A stretch of 64,000 bases of DNA from Chiloscyllium plagiosum (taxonomy: Eukaryota), in NCBI RefSeq assembly GCF_004010195.1, contig NC_057719.1, positions 75,135,960-75,199,959 on the forward strand. The letters are read 5' to 3'. Below the pieces are notes generated by a model. The model saw only the letters and a list, made by a program, of their open reading frames with translations, was not told where the DNA came from and did not search any database. Positions 62,975 to 64,000 of the stretch are shown here, one piece after another (positions within the stretch are counted from its first letter, which is position 1; each line of letters begins with the position of its first letter). The translations under genes and the position numbers were made by a program.

Positions 62975-64000
62975 CTTTGTGGGGATTTTAACCAAATGAT
63001 AAATGGCTTTTTGCAGCTGGTTAAATACCCAATCCCTCACGTACAGGATTTATACGCAAATCTGGCGGGGAGCTGGACATGAGCCGTGCATGCCTGCAGT
63101 TACAATTAGATGAGGATTCCCAGAGGTATGCTGCAATTAATACCCATAAGGGTTTGTACCATAGTATGAGATTGCCACCTGGGGTATCGTCAGTCCATGC
63201 AATTTTTCAGTGGACAATGGAGAACATTTTACAGGGTCTACCCTAGGTCACCTTTTATCTAGATGACATGCTAATAACAGAGAAGACTAATAAAGAGCAC
63301 TTAGAGAACTTGGACATAGTCCTTAAATGTTTCTCCCTGGCAGGCTAATGCCTTAGAAAGGAAAACAAATGTGCATTCCAGGCATGCCAAATGACCTACT
63401 TGGGCTACAGAGTCAACAAGACTGGGTTACGTCTGTTTGAAGATAAAGTGAGGGTGACCAAAGTGCCCCAGCTCCCATGTCTATACCGGAGCTTAGGTCT
63501 TCCCTTGGGCTGGTGAATAATAACAGAAAGTTCTTACATAACCTGGCCTCCATCCTAGCACTTTTACAACAACTCTTAAAGAAGGGTCAGCCCTGGTAAT
63601 GTTCACATAGCTAAGCCATAGCTTTCAGGGAAGTGCAGAAACAGCTATCATTCTCAAAGGTGATCCCAAGAGAGATTTGGCATTGACATGCGATGCTTCC
63701 CCTTACAGCATCAGAATAGTATTAGCTCACAGGTGTTCCAATGGAGAGGAACATCCACTAGCATATGTATTCAGGACTTTGCCTAGTGCAGGGCGTACAT
63801 TCCCCCAGAAAGTGAAGGAAGTTTTGGCGGTCTTAATTGGAGTCAGGAAGTTCCACAATACTTTTATTGTAAATTTGTAATAATAATGAACCATAAACCC
63901 CTGCTAAGTCTACTTAAAGAGGATAAGGCAGTCCACACATAGCTTCAAGTCGAATTGAGCAGTTGACTCTAAAACTCAATGTGTTACAAGCTGGAACACT
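62975..64000 (+). mobile_element. Ty3/gypsy relic, 3' continuation (RT and RNase H), running off the window end
   Basis: LCGDF...YPIPHVQDLYANLAG, INTHKGLY, YLDD at 63256-63267, LRSSLGLVN and LTCDASPYSIRIVLAH. Confidence 0.92.

Noticed and set aside
1..64000. CRISPR array, prokaryotic operon or endogenous non-retroviral virus
   Set aside because: No regularly spaced direct repeats with unique spacers, no gene-dense coding, and no viral hallmark protein recognised. Recurrent repeats are dispersed eukaryotic retroelements.

Overview
Non-coding, repeat-dominated vertebrate DNA, most likely cartilaginous fish (shark), inferred from HE1-type V-SINEs, their CR1/HER1 partner LINE tails and SacSINE1-like DeuSINEs. 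No host protein-coding gene can be supported, so the window reads as intronic or intergenic. Nearly all ORFs in the track are decayed retroelement pieces or chance frames. Main content: many CR1 3' fragments; several SINE families; a ~1.9 kb Penelope-like element (RT + GIY-YIG) and other Penelope 3' pieces; a Rex1/Babar LINE fragment; a decayed Ty3/gypsy element with integrase upstream of RT (Gmr1-like); a 1.5 kb CA-rich array; and a full-length (~5.6 kb) L1 inserted in the RT of a gypsy element. The most interesting signal is a dispersed set of about a dozen minimal type I hammerhead-ribozyme motifs (CTGANGA-N-stem II-GAAA-palindromic stem III). They fall into at least four sequence families with different but fully pairing stem II helices. 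They sit on Penelope 3' ends and on short, TSD-flanked, often inverted non-autonomous insertions. All family names come from motif recognition by eye, not from database searches, and most boundaries are approximate.
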